Source of the DNA: a virus | Taxonomy: Duplodnaviria; Caudoviricetes | Direction: 5' to 3' (one strand) | DNA: 33,571 nucleotides | IMG/VR virus record: IMGVR_UViG_3300042558_000702 | Coordinates: 1 to 33,571 of that record | Shown here: one piece after another, positions 25,477 to 33,370 of the stretch | Layout: every line of letters begins with the position of its first letter | How positions within the stretch are numbered: position 1 is the first letter of the stretch | Translations under genes and position numbers: made by a program | The notes under the pieces: model-generated | What the model was told of the DNA's origin: nothing | Databases searched by the model: none | Seen by the model: the letters and a program-made list of their open reading frames with translations, nothing else

Positions 25477-25841
25477 TTCGTCAACTCCTCGTAAGCCTTG
25501 ACCGCTTGTTCGCCAAGGTCCATCCACTCATCGAACGTGTAACCGATGGGCGAACCTTGAACTGCTTTGTACAACATTGCTGACACACGCTTCCACTCTT
25601 CGATGTCGTCACGCTTGTTCATGTACAACACAGAGCCTTCGACAGTACGTACTTCTTCGCACATAAGTTTTGAGAACTCTTCCTCAGCATGGATCTTCTT
25701 TAGCAACGTCTCAAGTACCCACGCATGAACTTCTACGATTGAGAAGTCATCAAGGTCCTCGATGGTGTCGTAAGCGACTGCCTGTGCTTTGTCGACACGG
25801 CCTTTCATGTCGCGGATGGATGGTACGGGTTGTTGTTTCAT
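25473..25841 (-). CDS. Hypothetical protein
   Basis: ACAGGAGAA RBS; 122 aa. Confidence 0.7.
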   Translation of the reverse strand: MKQQPVPSIRDMKGRVDKAQAVAYDTIEDLDDFSIVEVHAWVLETLLKKIHAEEEFSKLMCEEVRTVEGSVLYMNKRDDIEEWKRVSAMLYKAVQGSPIGYTFDEWMDLGEQAVKAYEELTK

Positions 25842-25936
25842 TTGTTTCTCCTGTCATCTTCTTTTCGAATGATTATGTACACGCTGATGAACCACAGGCC
25901 AAAGAGTATGAACACGACTGACGCTGCCGAGATCAT
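25838..25936 (-). CDS. 32-aa single-TM peptide (absent from the ORF track)
   Basis: MISAASVVFILFGLWFISVYIIIRKEDDRRNK; ATGA overlaps at both ends fill the gap exactly. Confidence 0.6.
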   Translation of the reverse strand: MISAASVVFILFGLWFISVYIIIRKEDDRRNK

Positions 25937-26208
25937 TTGGCTTCCCTCGCTGTGATTGTTCCGTCTGCGATTGCTTGGTCACGTTGCAGTTCGTTTGGTC
26001 CGTACGGTCCTAGAAGGCGTATAGCCGTCATGCACGGATCTGTCCCTGAGTCCCAAAGGTCGAACTCCCAATCCTCAAGAGGTGCTCCCTCGTGTGGGTC
26101 GCAGTAAGGCTTGGTCGCAAACTTCTTTTCGATACCGATGTTGAGCCATTCAAAGAACTCTTTGAACTCAACGTTGTGTTGTTCGGTGTAGTTGTCGTGG
26201 TCACTCAT
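25933..26208 (-). CDS. Conserved hypothetical protein
   Basis: F.EWL..GI.....PYC..HEG.P.......W..G.DPC...IRL. Confidence 0.7.
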   Translation of the reverse strand: MSDHDNYTEQHNVEFKEFFEWLNIGIEKKFATKPYCDPHEGAPLEDWEFDLWDSGTDPCMTAIRLLGPYGPNELQRDQAIADGTITAREAK

Positions 26209-26420
26209 TGTTGTACCTCTTGTTGGTTGGTCGGTCGTCCGACTCTGTTCTTACTTGGTCGGCGTAAGCGTCCTCGGCGGAACACGTAGCCGTCGGCGTA
26301 CAAGGTTGCTCTGTACGTCCGTTGGTATTCTCGTTGTGCCACTGTGCAGTCCTCACACCGACAGCGGTGGGCTACGTACATGGTACGTGACCCGTGTGGC
26401 ACAGTTATAGGCCGAGCCAT
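26205..26420 (-). CDS. Small zinc-binding protein
   Basis: HGSRTMY..HRCRCEDC..AQREY with a basic tail. Confidence 0.7.
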   Translation of the reverse strand: MARPITVPHGSRTMYVAHRCRCEDCTVAQREYQRTYRATLYADGYVFRRGRLRRPSKNRVGRPTNQQEVQQ

Positions 26421-26704
26421 TAGTAGATCACCTCATGCAAAGATTCGCACATCACTTTTGGTTCTTTGTGTTCGTCGCACCACAAGTGCTCGGGTGACCA
26501 ACAGTGTTCGCACCAGTCTTTCGGTTGCGATGAGTGGAACATGGCGAGCCTCTTTGTTCGGTGAGCGATGGCTGTGCCGTGCTCTTCGCAGATCGTGAAC
26601 CAGTTGTATGTACCGTCGCAGTCGTCCAGTTCAAGGTCCACAGCCGACACGATCGTGACGAGCGTGCCTGTCTGTCGTACGCGCTTCGTGAGCATCTGTC
26701 CCAT
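26420..26704 (-). CDS. Hypothetical Cys/His-rich protein
   Basis: WFTICEEHG...P.DWCEHC; start MGQML at 26704. Confidence 0.65.
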   Translation of the reverse strand: MGQMLTKRVRQTGTLVTIVSAVDLELDDCDGTYNWFTICEEHGTAIAHRTKRLAMFHSSQPKDWCEHCWSPEHLWCDEHKEPKVMCESLHEVIY

Positions 26705-26705
26705 G

Positions 26706-27050
26706 TCAGTCACACTCGCTGATGGTTGATGTCCAGTCGTGGCGTGACACGAAGTTCTCCGACAGTCTTGGGTCGACGTACACGGGTGTGAACAGCCAGC
26801 CGTAAGCCTTAACAGTCTCAGGGAGTGCTCGTAACAACTGCGTGTGAACACGGGGTGCGTACTCGCCGCGTGACGACTCGTACATCTTGACTTCGTTGTA
26901 AGCAATCGAGCCGTCGGGACGCAGGTCTACGTTCGTCGCGTAAATGCGAATCGTGTAGTCATCGCCTCGCTTCTGTGGGACGACTGCGGTAAGCATTCCC
27001 GTCGTTCGTGGCGGGAACGCTTCTGTGTTGTAGTTGGTGTGGTATGTCAT
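26706..27050 (-). CDS. Hypothetical protein
   Basis: ACAGGAGAA RBS before ATG 27050 (alternative start 27083). Confidence 0.7.
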   Translation of the reverse strand: MTYHTNYNTEAFPPRTTGMLTAVVPQKRGDDYTIRIYATNVDLRPDGSIAYNEVKMYESSRGEYAPRVHTQLLRALPETVKAYGWLFTPVYVDPRLSENFVSRHDWTSTISECD

Positions 27051-27084
27051 GGCTTCTCCTGTTGTGTTTGTGGTGGTTGTCATT

Positions 27085-27399
27085 TCACTTGCCTGCCTTC
27101 ATCATCACGCGAGCCAACATTGCGCTCAACGACTTGGCGATTGCCTTGTTGCCGCACTCGTCGATTGCGTACACGAGGGCGTCTTCGATTTCGTCTTGGA
27201 AGCACTCGTCCCACGAAGCGAGGCGAAGGCCGTGCTTGGTGGGGTTGCTCATCGTGACGACTGCGCCACAGTCGCGGGTCATCAAGTGCTGCGCCCACAC
27301 GCGAGGTGCGCTGGGGCCATCGAGGTACAAGGTGACGTTGCGTCCTGTGAATTCGAGTTCGAACTCGGCTGCTATTTGCTGTGCGGTGGTGTTGCTCAT
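27085..27399 (-). CDS. Hypothetical early protein
   Basis: Leaderless start behind promoter copy 2; 104 aa. Confidence 0.7.
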   Translation of the reverse strand: MSNTTAQQIAAEFELEFTGRNVTLYLDGPSAPRVWAQHLMTRDCGAVVTMSNPTKHGLRLASWDECFQDEIEDALVYAIDECGNKAIAKSLSAMLARVMMKAGK

Positions 27400-27435
27400 A
27401 CCCCCACACTACAAGCAGGGTGGTACAGGGAACAA
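27400..27435 (-). promoter_or_regulatory. Leaderless sigma70-type promoter (paralogue of 10435-10471)
   Basis: Minus strand TTGTTC-18 nt-TAGTGT-GGGGGT-ATG (27399). Confidence 0.65.
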
Positions 27436-27457
27436 CGAATACCGCAAAAAGACGCGC

Positions 27458-27595
27458 TATGCAGGGCTTATGTCCTCGAATAAGGGGAGCGGGCGTTTAT
27501 TTGCGCCGTGTTGGGACGGGCTGTCCGAACGGGGACTTTGTCCGTCTTGTGGGGGATTGCGCCTTACAGCGCGCCACAGCGCGTGATACGAGCGA
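27458..27595. repeat. Intergenic element copy C
   Basis: Exact matches to copy B: TATGCAGGGCTTATGTCC (27458 vs 13806), CGTTTATTTGCGCCGTGT (27494 vs 13832), GATACGAGCGA (27585 vs 13923). Confidence 0.8.
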
Positions 27596-27611
27596 CGTGT
27601 GGCTGTGTGCG

Positions 27612-28517
27612 TCAGGGCTTGACAGGTGTTTGATGCAGGGACAGCAACTCGGCTCGGGCTTCGGGGTTGGTCCTGAACACTCCACGCATGGCACTCGTCA
27701 CTGTGTCGCCACTCTTCTTGATGCCACGCATACTCATGCACGTGTGCTGTGCCGACACGACAATGCCGACGCCCTTCGGTTGCAAGTGTTCCTCGATGGC
27801 GTCTGCGAGTTGTCCAGTGAGGCGCTCTTGAACCTGCAACCTGTTTGCGTAGCAGTCAAGCAGGCGAGCCAACTTCGACAAACCGACAACACGTGACGTC
27901 GGGATGTAAGCGATCGTCGCATGACCGATGAACGGAAGGATGTGGTGCTCGCACAGTGACGTGAATGGCAGTTGGCGAACAACGACCATCTCGTCGTACT
28001 TCACATCAAATGTCTTACTGAGAATCACTGCTGGGTTGTCGCCGTAACCCTTAGTCAGTTCACGCCAAGCCTTCGTGACGCGCCGTGGTGTTTCGAGTAA
28101 GCCGTCACGTGTGGGGTCTTCGCCGACGTGTTGAAGCAAACGAATAACTGCATCGACAGGGTCGCCGTCTTCTTTCTCCCACGGAAACGCGAGCCAACGG
28201 TCGGTCGTGGTTGCGTTCGGTGAATACATTGCGGGCGACCACGGCTTGCGGTACAAAGTTTCAACATGGATTCCACCGTCGGGTCGCACCTGTTTCATTG
28301 TGCGCCCTGTGTCGATGAGGTCGTCAACGATGAGCGTGTGGGGGTCGTCGGCTGTTTCACGTAGTGGCAAGCCGAGTTTGTTTGCAACCAGTGCTGCGAC
28401 GACCGCACCGCCAGTTGGTATGCCGTAAACGCCTGTCGGGTTGTTACGTACACGCAAACAAAGTTTGTCGACCTGTTCGTTGATGTCGTTCCAAGTGAGA
28501 GTCAGGGTGGTTGTCAT
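27612..28517 (-). CDS. folE: GTP cyclohydrolase I (FolE) fused to an N-terminal type I phosphoribosyltransferase domain
   Basis: PRT: GIPTGG, LIVDDLIDTG.T, W..FPWE; FolE: GEDPTRDGLLETPRRV, SLCEHHILPF, GLSKLAR, LQVQERLT, H.CM.MRG. Confidence 0.92.
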   Translation of the reverse strand: MTTTLTLTWNDINEQVDKLCLRVRNNPTGVYGIPTGGAVVAALVANKLGLPLRETADDPHTLIVDDLIDTGRTMKQVRPDGGIHVETLYRKPWSPAMYSPNATTTDRWLAFPWEKEDGDPVDAVIRLLQHVGEDPTRDGLLETPRRVTKAWRELTKGYGDNPAVILSKTFDVKYDEMVVVRQLPFTSLCEHHILPFIGHATIAYIPTSRVVGLSKLARLLDCYANRLQVQERLTGQLADAIEEHLQPKGVGIVVSAQHTCMSMRGIKKSGDTVTSAMRGVFRTNPEARAELLSLHQTPVKP

Positions 28518-28518
28518 T

Positions 28519-29262
28519 TCATACTCCTCTGCGGTCACCGAAGGCTAGGACGTGAAGGCGTGTGGTGACATTAGTGCCTTCTGTTGTGGCGATGTCAAAG
28601 AGTTCGGGTAGGCGAGCGTTGATCTCGTCTGCGCTTCGGCCTTCGGGCATCAAGTAGACGTCTTGCATAGACAGGCCGTGGAGACGAACCATCTCTTTGA
28701 TCTCAAGTAGGTCACGTACAGGGTCGCAGATAACAAACTTGAATGAGTGTTGTGGACATTCCGTGAAACGTTCAAGAGCGTTCGGTATGTAACGCTTCGC
28801 AATGTGAACTCCCGACGACGCGAGTTTCGGTGAGATGTTCCACTGCACGAGTTCAAAGATTGCTAACGGCGGTTCAATCGTTCCGTTGGTTTCGATCTCA
28901 ATGCGGTAGTCGGGGTTCACGTCGAGCAACAGGTGTACCAGTTTGACCAGTCCAGCCTTCTGTACCAACGGCTCGCCACCAGTAATGACGAGTCGGTTAG
29001 TACCGCTTGCCACAAACCAATCGACAATCTCTTCAAGTGTTACGCGTGACAGTTGTTCGGCCTTGTCGTACTTGACTCCGTTCTTACCAGTCCAATCCCA
29101 TGTGAAGGGTGTGTCACACCACGAGCAGTCAAGGTTGCAAAGACCCAAGCGTAAGAACATGGCTGGCTTACCGAGTGATGGTCCTTCGCCTTGCAACGTA
29201 GGACCGAACTTCTCAGCAACACTTAGTGAGCGTCCGTTCTGTATCACGTAGTAGTCGGTCAT
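28519..29262 (-). CDS. queE: 7-carboxy-7-deazaguanine synthase QueE (radical SAM)
   Basis: TLQGEG...FLRLGLCNLDCSWCDT, VITGGEP, IETNGT, SPKL. Confidence 0.93.
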   Translation of the reverse strand: MTDYYVIQNGRSLSVAEKFGPTLQGEGPSLGKPAMFLRLGLCNLDCSWCDTPFTWDWTGKNGVKYDKAEQLSRVTLEEIVDWFVASGTNRLVITGGEPLVQKAGLVKLVHLLLDVNPDYRIEIETNGTIEPPLAIFELVQWNISPKLASSGVHIAKRYIPNALERFTECPQHSFKFVICDPVRDLLEIKEMVRLHGLSMQDVYLMPEGRSADEINARLPELFDIATTEGTNVTTRLHVLAFGDRRGV

Positions 29263-29705
29263 CAACTCGCCTGCCACGACGCGGCGTTCTTTTCGTTCTC
29301 CCAACACGTCACTCGAATGACCTTGGCGTTCGGGAATCTTGTGTTGGTCAATGTAACTGCTTGGTCACGTACCCAATTGACCATGCCTTCCATTGTTGGG
29401 TCCATGATGCGAAGGTCTAAAGCGTCCGCAGCGCCGAGGTATTGGATCTGTTCTAGGCACGGGTCGTCCTCGCTCACTAGCACAGTGTGATCGAATTGAT
29501 ACTCAAGAGCGTCACGTAAGATTTTGAGGTCGGCGAAGTCAACTACCCAACCTCGTTCGTCTCGTGTACCTTCCCATTCAACTTCGACCCAGCGGTCGTA
29601 CCCGTGTAGGTAATGGCAGTGACCACGATCGCGCCATTGGCGGTGACAGCATGGGAAGCCGCCGAAGCGTTTGATCACTCTTAGGGTTTCATCTTGGGTC
29701 GTCAT
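29262..29705 (-). CDS. queD: 6-carboxy-5,6,7,8-tetrahydropterin synthase QueD
   Basis: HR...HC.YLHGY...GWVVDF..LK...FDH...PT.E...WENEKN. Confidence 0.9.
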   Translation of the reverse strand: MTTQDETLRVIKRFGGFPCCHRQWRDRGHCHYLHGYDRWVEVEWEGTRDERGWVVDFADLKILRDALEYQFDHTVLVSEDDPCLEQIQYLGAADALDLRIMDPTMEGMVNWVRDQAVTLTNTRFPNAKVIRVTCWENEKNAASWQAS

Positions 29706-30378
29706 AGTGTGGCCTCGCTAGGTATTCGGTTGGGTCTTCTACTCCTGCTAATTCAAACGCCTCGCGACGCTCAAAGCAAGTACCACACGAACCGCAGTGA
29801 ATGTCGTTGCCCTTGTAGCACGACCAAGTGTCGAGCCACGGTACGTTGAGGTCGTTGCCAATGCTACAGATTCCATCTTTGGGGATTTGTACATACGGAG
29901 CGAACACTTTGAAGTCCTCTTCAATGAAACCCTCGTTGGCTACGTGAAGCAGGTTCTGTAGGGCGTCAATGAACTGTGGTCGGCAGTCAGGGTAGATGTA
30001 GTGGTCGCCTGAGTGGACAGCAGTAGCGAGAACGTTCGCGCCCATAGTGACGGCGTATCCCGCAGCGATGTTGAGCATGATGCTGTTGCGGTTCGGTACG
30101 ACCGTCTTTCTCATGTTGTCTTCGGCGTAGTGACCGTCGGGTACGGGTGCGTCGCTGGTCAGTGTGGACTTACTGATGAGTCCTGTGAGGTGTGTGATGT
30201 CGACAATGGTGTGGTTGAGACGGAGTTTGCCTGATGTGATCTTGGCGTAGTCAAGTTCTTTCTTGTGTCGTTGTCCGTAGTTGAACGACATGAGATGAAC
30301 GTCGTAACCCTTATTGACTAGGTCGTAGGTGAGAACTGTTGAGTCCATACCGCCGCTGACGATTGCTAACGCTTTCAT
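29689..30378 (-). CDS. queC: 7-cyano-7-deazaguanine (preQ0) synthase QueC
   Basis: SGGMDS, YGQRH..EL, VPNRN, YPDCRP.F, TWSCY...CGSCGTC.ER. Confidence 0.95.
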   Translation of the reverse strand: MKALAIVSGGMDSTVLTYDLVNKGYDVHLMSFNYGQRHKKELDYAKITSGKLRLNHTIVDITHLTGLISKSTLTSDAPVPDGHYAEDNMRKTVVPNRNSIMLNIAAGYAVTMGANVLATAVHSGDHYIYPDCRPQFIDALQNLLHVANEGFIEEDFKVFAPYVQIPKDGICSIGNDLNVPWLDTWSCYKGNDIHCGSCGTCFERREAFELAGVEDPTEYLARPHYDDPR

Positions 30379-31526
30379 TCTGTTTCTCCTTTGGCTGCTG
30401 TGAGTAGGTTTTCTATTGACCCTTCGGCGAGGTGTAGGTGTAAACCTTTGTCGCCTTGTGATGCTATGTCATCAATAGCGCCACGGTAGTGATGCAGTTT
30501 GTTTGCACGTGTTGGTAATGGCACCGCACCATGTTTCTTTCTTAGGAACTGCTCGTATGCTCTCCAAGAGTTAGCGGCTACGGGAATGATCTTTGTTCTG
30601 TGATAGCGCGAGCGGTCGGCTAGGTCTTCAGGGTCACCACCGTACTTACGAATGAACGACGCGACCTTGTAAACAGACTGCGCGTCACCGACTCCACAGG
30701 TTTCGAACTTACGTCCTGTCCACACTGCTAGTCGACCGAAGCGATGTCCCATTCCCCATGATGATGAGTCAACACTGAACCAAGGTAACGCTTGAATGAT
30801 GTCGTTGCGTGTTTGACCGAAGCCGTGAAACACTGTGTCCTTACCCTCAACTCGTTTGAAGCACGTCGCTGTCCACTTCAACGCTGTTGGGCCGGGTACG
30901 CCAACCATTCCACCGAGGGCGATGTAGCCGTAATTCTTTGCCATGTCATCAAGAACTTTGAGATCAGTACCTGTATGCACGACAGGGATTGGATTCAAGC
31001 CTTGGTTCTCTAAGTAGCGTTGGTTGATGGCTGTCGCTTTTGCATCTCTAATGACGTCAAGGTTTACGTATGTCGTGAACAGTGATTCCCATTGTTTCAA
31101 CCAAGCCGCGTAGTCGGCAACCTTTACATCAGCACCCTGTGAGTAAGCACTGAACGCACCCGAATCGGCGAACACCATTGGGCGTGTTGGGAACTTTGCT
31201 AGCACTGCCGCGATGTCGACCTTCTTGTAGTAGTGATATGAGATCAACATCTTGAAGGGTTGTGCTTGTGTTGTCGGTACGATCGGCAGTTGTTTCTCTT
31301 CTCCGCTCAGGGCTAGATGAAGGTTGAGTCCTTCTGTATGTTCTTTCATATCTGCCTCTGCGATAGGCGCGACGCTGTTGAGAGCACTAAGTACAAGGTA
31401 TACGTGCGGACCTGTTTTGGTGATTGCGTCGGCTTCATGGGTCATCGTTACAAGGTAAACGTGAGGTCCGTTATTCGTTGATGAGAGGGTCGGCGTAGTC
31501 GAGGAGTGTGTTGATTCGCTCGTCAT
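30375..31526 (-). CDS. dpdA: DpdA-like DNA transglycosylase (TGT fold)
   Basis: ISY.Y, FADSGAFSA, NLDVI, PIPVVH.G, YIALGG, HGFG, SVDSSSW; adjacent to queCDE-folE; start codon uncertain. Confidence 0.8.
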   Translation of the reverse strand: MTSESTHSSTTPTLSSTNNGPHVYLVTMTHEADAITKTGPHVYLVLSALNSVAPIAEADMKEHTEGLNLHLALSGEEKQLPIVPTTQAQPFKMLISYHYYKKVDIAAVLAKFPTRPMVFADSGAFSAYSQGADVKVADYAAWLKQWESLFTTYVNLDVIRDAKATAINQRYLENQGLNPIPVVHTGTDLKVLDDMAKNYGYIALGGMVGVPGPTALKWTATCFKRVEGKDTVFHGFGQTRNDIIQALPWFSVDSSSWGMGHRFGRLAVWTGRKFETCGVGDAQSVYKVASFIRKYGGDPEDLADRSRYHRTKIIPVAANSWRAYEQFLRKKHGAVPLPTRANKLHHYRGAIDDIASQGDKGLHLHLAEGSIENLLTAAKGETE

Positions 31527-32073
31527 CGTCTTTGCCTTCTACTGTTGCGAACACCCGTTGCCAGCGTGCATTGGTTTCGGGTTCGACCTTGATTGAGATG
31601 GTGGGGTTGAACACTGAGTCGTCGTCGTGAGCACCAATGTTCTTGATGAGGTCGTCGAGGTTGGGTGGGGTCAAGAGTCGTTCTAAGTCTTCAAGGTCAA
31701 TGTCGTTGTAGCCCGAACCCTCTAGCCCGCCTTCGGCTTGTGTGAGGCGTAGTAGGTCGATCAACAGGTCGTCGTCGTATGACGCAACATCGTTTGAACG
31801 GTTGTCTACGAGAAGTAGTTTGCGAGCCTGCTGATCATCAACGTCTACCCATAGCACTGGTATCTGTTCGATGCCTACATTGACCGCAGCCTGATAGCGA
31901 TGGTTGCCGACGACGATGTGGCGTGTTGCCTTCTGTACTACAAGCGCACCATAGAAGCCGTTGGTACGGATTGATTCTTCTAAGCGTTCGACGTTGCCTC
32001 GTCGTGCGTTGTCAGGGTGGAGTGTCAGTGTTGTTGCGTCGACCAGTTCGTAGTCACTTGGTAGAAGAGTCAT
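31471..32073 (-). CDS. ParB/Srx N-terminal domain protein associated with the DNA-modification cluster
   Basis: L..HP.NAR.GN...L.ESI...GF...LVV......VGNHR..AA...DNR. Confidence 0.85.
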   Translation of the reverse strand: MTLLPSDYELVDATTLTLHPDNARRGNVERLEESIRTNGFYGALVVQKATRHIVVGNHRYQAAVNVGIEQIPVLWVDVDDQQARKLLLVDNRSNDVASYDDDLLIDLLRLTQAEGGLEGSGYNDIDLEDLERLLTPPNLDDLIKNIGAHDDDSVFNPTISIKVEPETNARWQRVFATVEGKDDDERINTLLDYADPLINE

Positions 32074-32302
32074 TGCTGTCCTTTCGGTGGATCTCATTCC
32101 ATACCGTTTGATTGGTCAGGCCGAGAGCGTTTGCGATTTGACGTTGGGGAAGTCCATCGTCCTTCCATGATGACCGTATCAGGTTTCTACGTTGATTATT
32201 GAGATTCATGATCTCTTGTTCGAGTTCACGCATCTGTCCTGTGAGGCGGCGAGCCTCATTGAGTTTGTCGTTCATTGGTTCGGTTGTGGTTATGTCTGTC
32301 AT
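32054..32302 (-). CDS. HTH protein
   Basis: GLPQRQIANALGLTNQTVWNEI; AGGAGG RBS. Confidence 0.7.
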   Translation of the reverse strand: MTDITTTEPMNDKLNEARRLTGQMRELEQEIMNLNNQRRNLIRSSWKDDGLPQRQIANALGLTNQTVWNEIHRKDSNDSSTK

Positions 32303-32303
32303 G

Positions 32304-32642
32304 TCAGCCTCCTACGGCGCGCACGTTGGCGCATATTGTTCTCATTGCGTCAAGCCTTGAGCGAGAAGCGATGAGTGATTGTTGAGTTGCTTTCTCACGG
32401 CCCGTGAGCAGTTGCCATTGTCGAAACTCGTCCGCAGCCCGAAGGTGTGCCACGGCGTCTTTGGTTGCGACAGGTATTTTGCCTTCTTGTTCGAAGATTG
32501 CTCGGGCGTGTTTGTAACGGTAGGACGACTCCGCTTCGGCTCGTTCCGTAGAGAGTTGCAGTAGTAACTCAATGTCGGTTTCCATGCGTGTACAGATTCG
32601 AAGCATCTCTGCTTCAAGATCCATTTGAGATATGTTGTTCAT
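32304..32642 (-). CDS. Coiled-coil hypothetical protein
   Basis: MNNISQMDLEAEM...RLDAMRTICANVR; ATGA-coupled, GAGG RBS. Confidence 0.7.
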   Translation of the reverse strand: MNNISQMDLEAEMLRICTRMETDIELLLQLSTERAEAESSYRYKHARAIFEQEGKIPVATKDAVAHLRAADEFRQWQLLTGREKATQQSLIASRSRLDAMRTICANVRAVGG

Positions 32643-33004
32643 TCTTCCTCGGTCACTATGAGCCGAAGTCCGTCTCGTCCGCACACTTGCACAGCGTGAA
32701 AGGTTATTGACGATAGGTATTCGGGATTGTCGTCTTTGATAACGCCTGAGTCGACGATGCCATCTATTGCCGCTTTCACGGCTGGATAACAAGCACCAAC
32801 GTCGGGTCGCCACCGTTTGTCTTTTGCTAATGGGATTACGTCTACTCGTATCTTCTTGAGTTTCGGTACGCCCGCTTGCCTTGCCAAGATCAACCATCGC
32901 TCACGTGTGTCTTTAATCATTCGCGCACGCTTGTGATGATGCCATGTTCGTTCGGCGTTAGTTGTCCACGGACGAACCGTGTCCTCTATCGAATACCGAA
33001 CCAT
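32639..33004 (-). CDS. RusA-like Holliday junction resolvase
   Basis: RPD......VKAAIDG.VDSGV.KDD acidic triad pattern. Confidence 0.75.
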   Translation of the reverse strand: MVRYSIEDTVRPWTTNAERTWHHHKRARMIKDTRERWLILARQAGVPKLKKIRVDVIPLAKDKRWRPDVGACYPAVKAAIDGIVDSGVIKDDNPEYLSSITFHAVQVCGRDGLRLIVTEEE

Positions 33005-33028
33005 GTCAGGAGCATAGCCCCTGTTGAA

Positions 33029-33370
33029 CTAGGACAGGAGTAACCCTACCGACGAAGCCAAAGATGGCCTCGCGTGAATCCAGTTGTGACACCACCGACA
33101 TACGACGACCATGTTGTTCGCATCGGTGATTGACCCACCGCGAGCACGTGTCAATGGTTCGTGAACGTCGTGTGCTTCACCCGAGCACCTGTGTTCTCTG
33201 TCGACTACCGCTATCAACCGACCCGCCTCACACGTAAGTCTTGAACTCATAACGTCTTTGACGACCTTGGTTCGCACCCTGTTTTCTTTGGCGCGCTTCT
33301 TTGAAACCTTACGAGGTGGCTCGCCGCGTTTGAGCGGAGTGTTTCGCGCAATAGGTTTGCGTTCTTTCAT
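33029..33370 (-). CDS. HNH endonuclease
   Basis: CE...C....DVHE...RARGG....NM..VC..CHNWIH. Confidence 0.8.
   Translation of the reverse strand: MKERKPIARNTPLKRGEPPRKVSKKRAKENRVRTKVVKDVMSSRLTCEAGRLIAVVDREHRCSGEAHDVHEPLTRARGGSITDANNMVVVCRWCHNWIHARPSLASSVGLLLS

Noticed and set aside
10276-27595. Repeated elements as a CRISPR array, IS/MITE ends or att sites
   Set aside because: Dispersed and degenerate, with no spacer periodicity, target-site duplication, transposase or integrase in the window.
27612-31526. que genes as tRNA queuosine auxiliary metabolic genes
   Set aside because: No queF, queA or queG; the TGT-fold protein has DpdA-like motifs and a ParB neighbour, favouring DNA modification.
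31471-32073. ParB as a partitioning system
   Set aside because: No ParA, HTH domain or parS seen; the context matches modification-associated ParB-N proteins.
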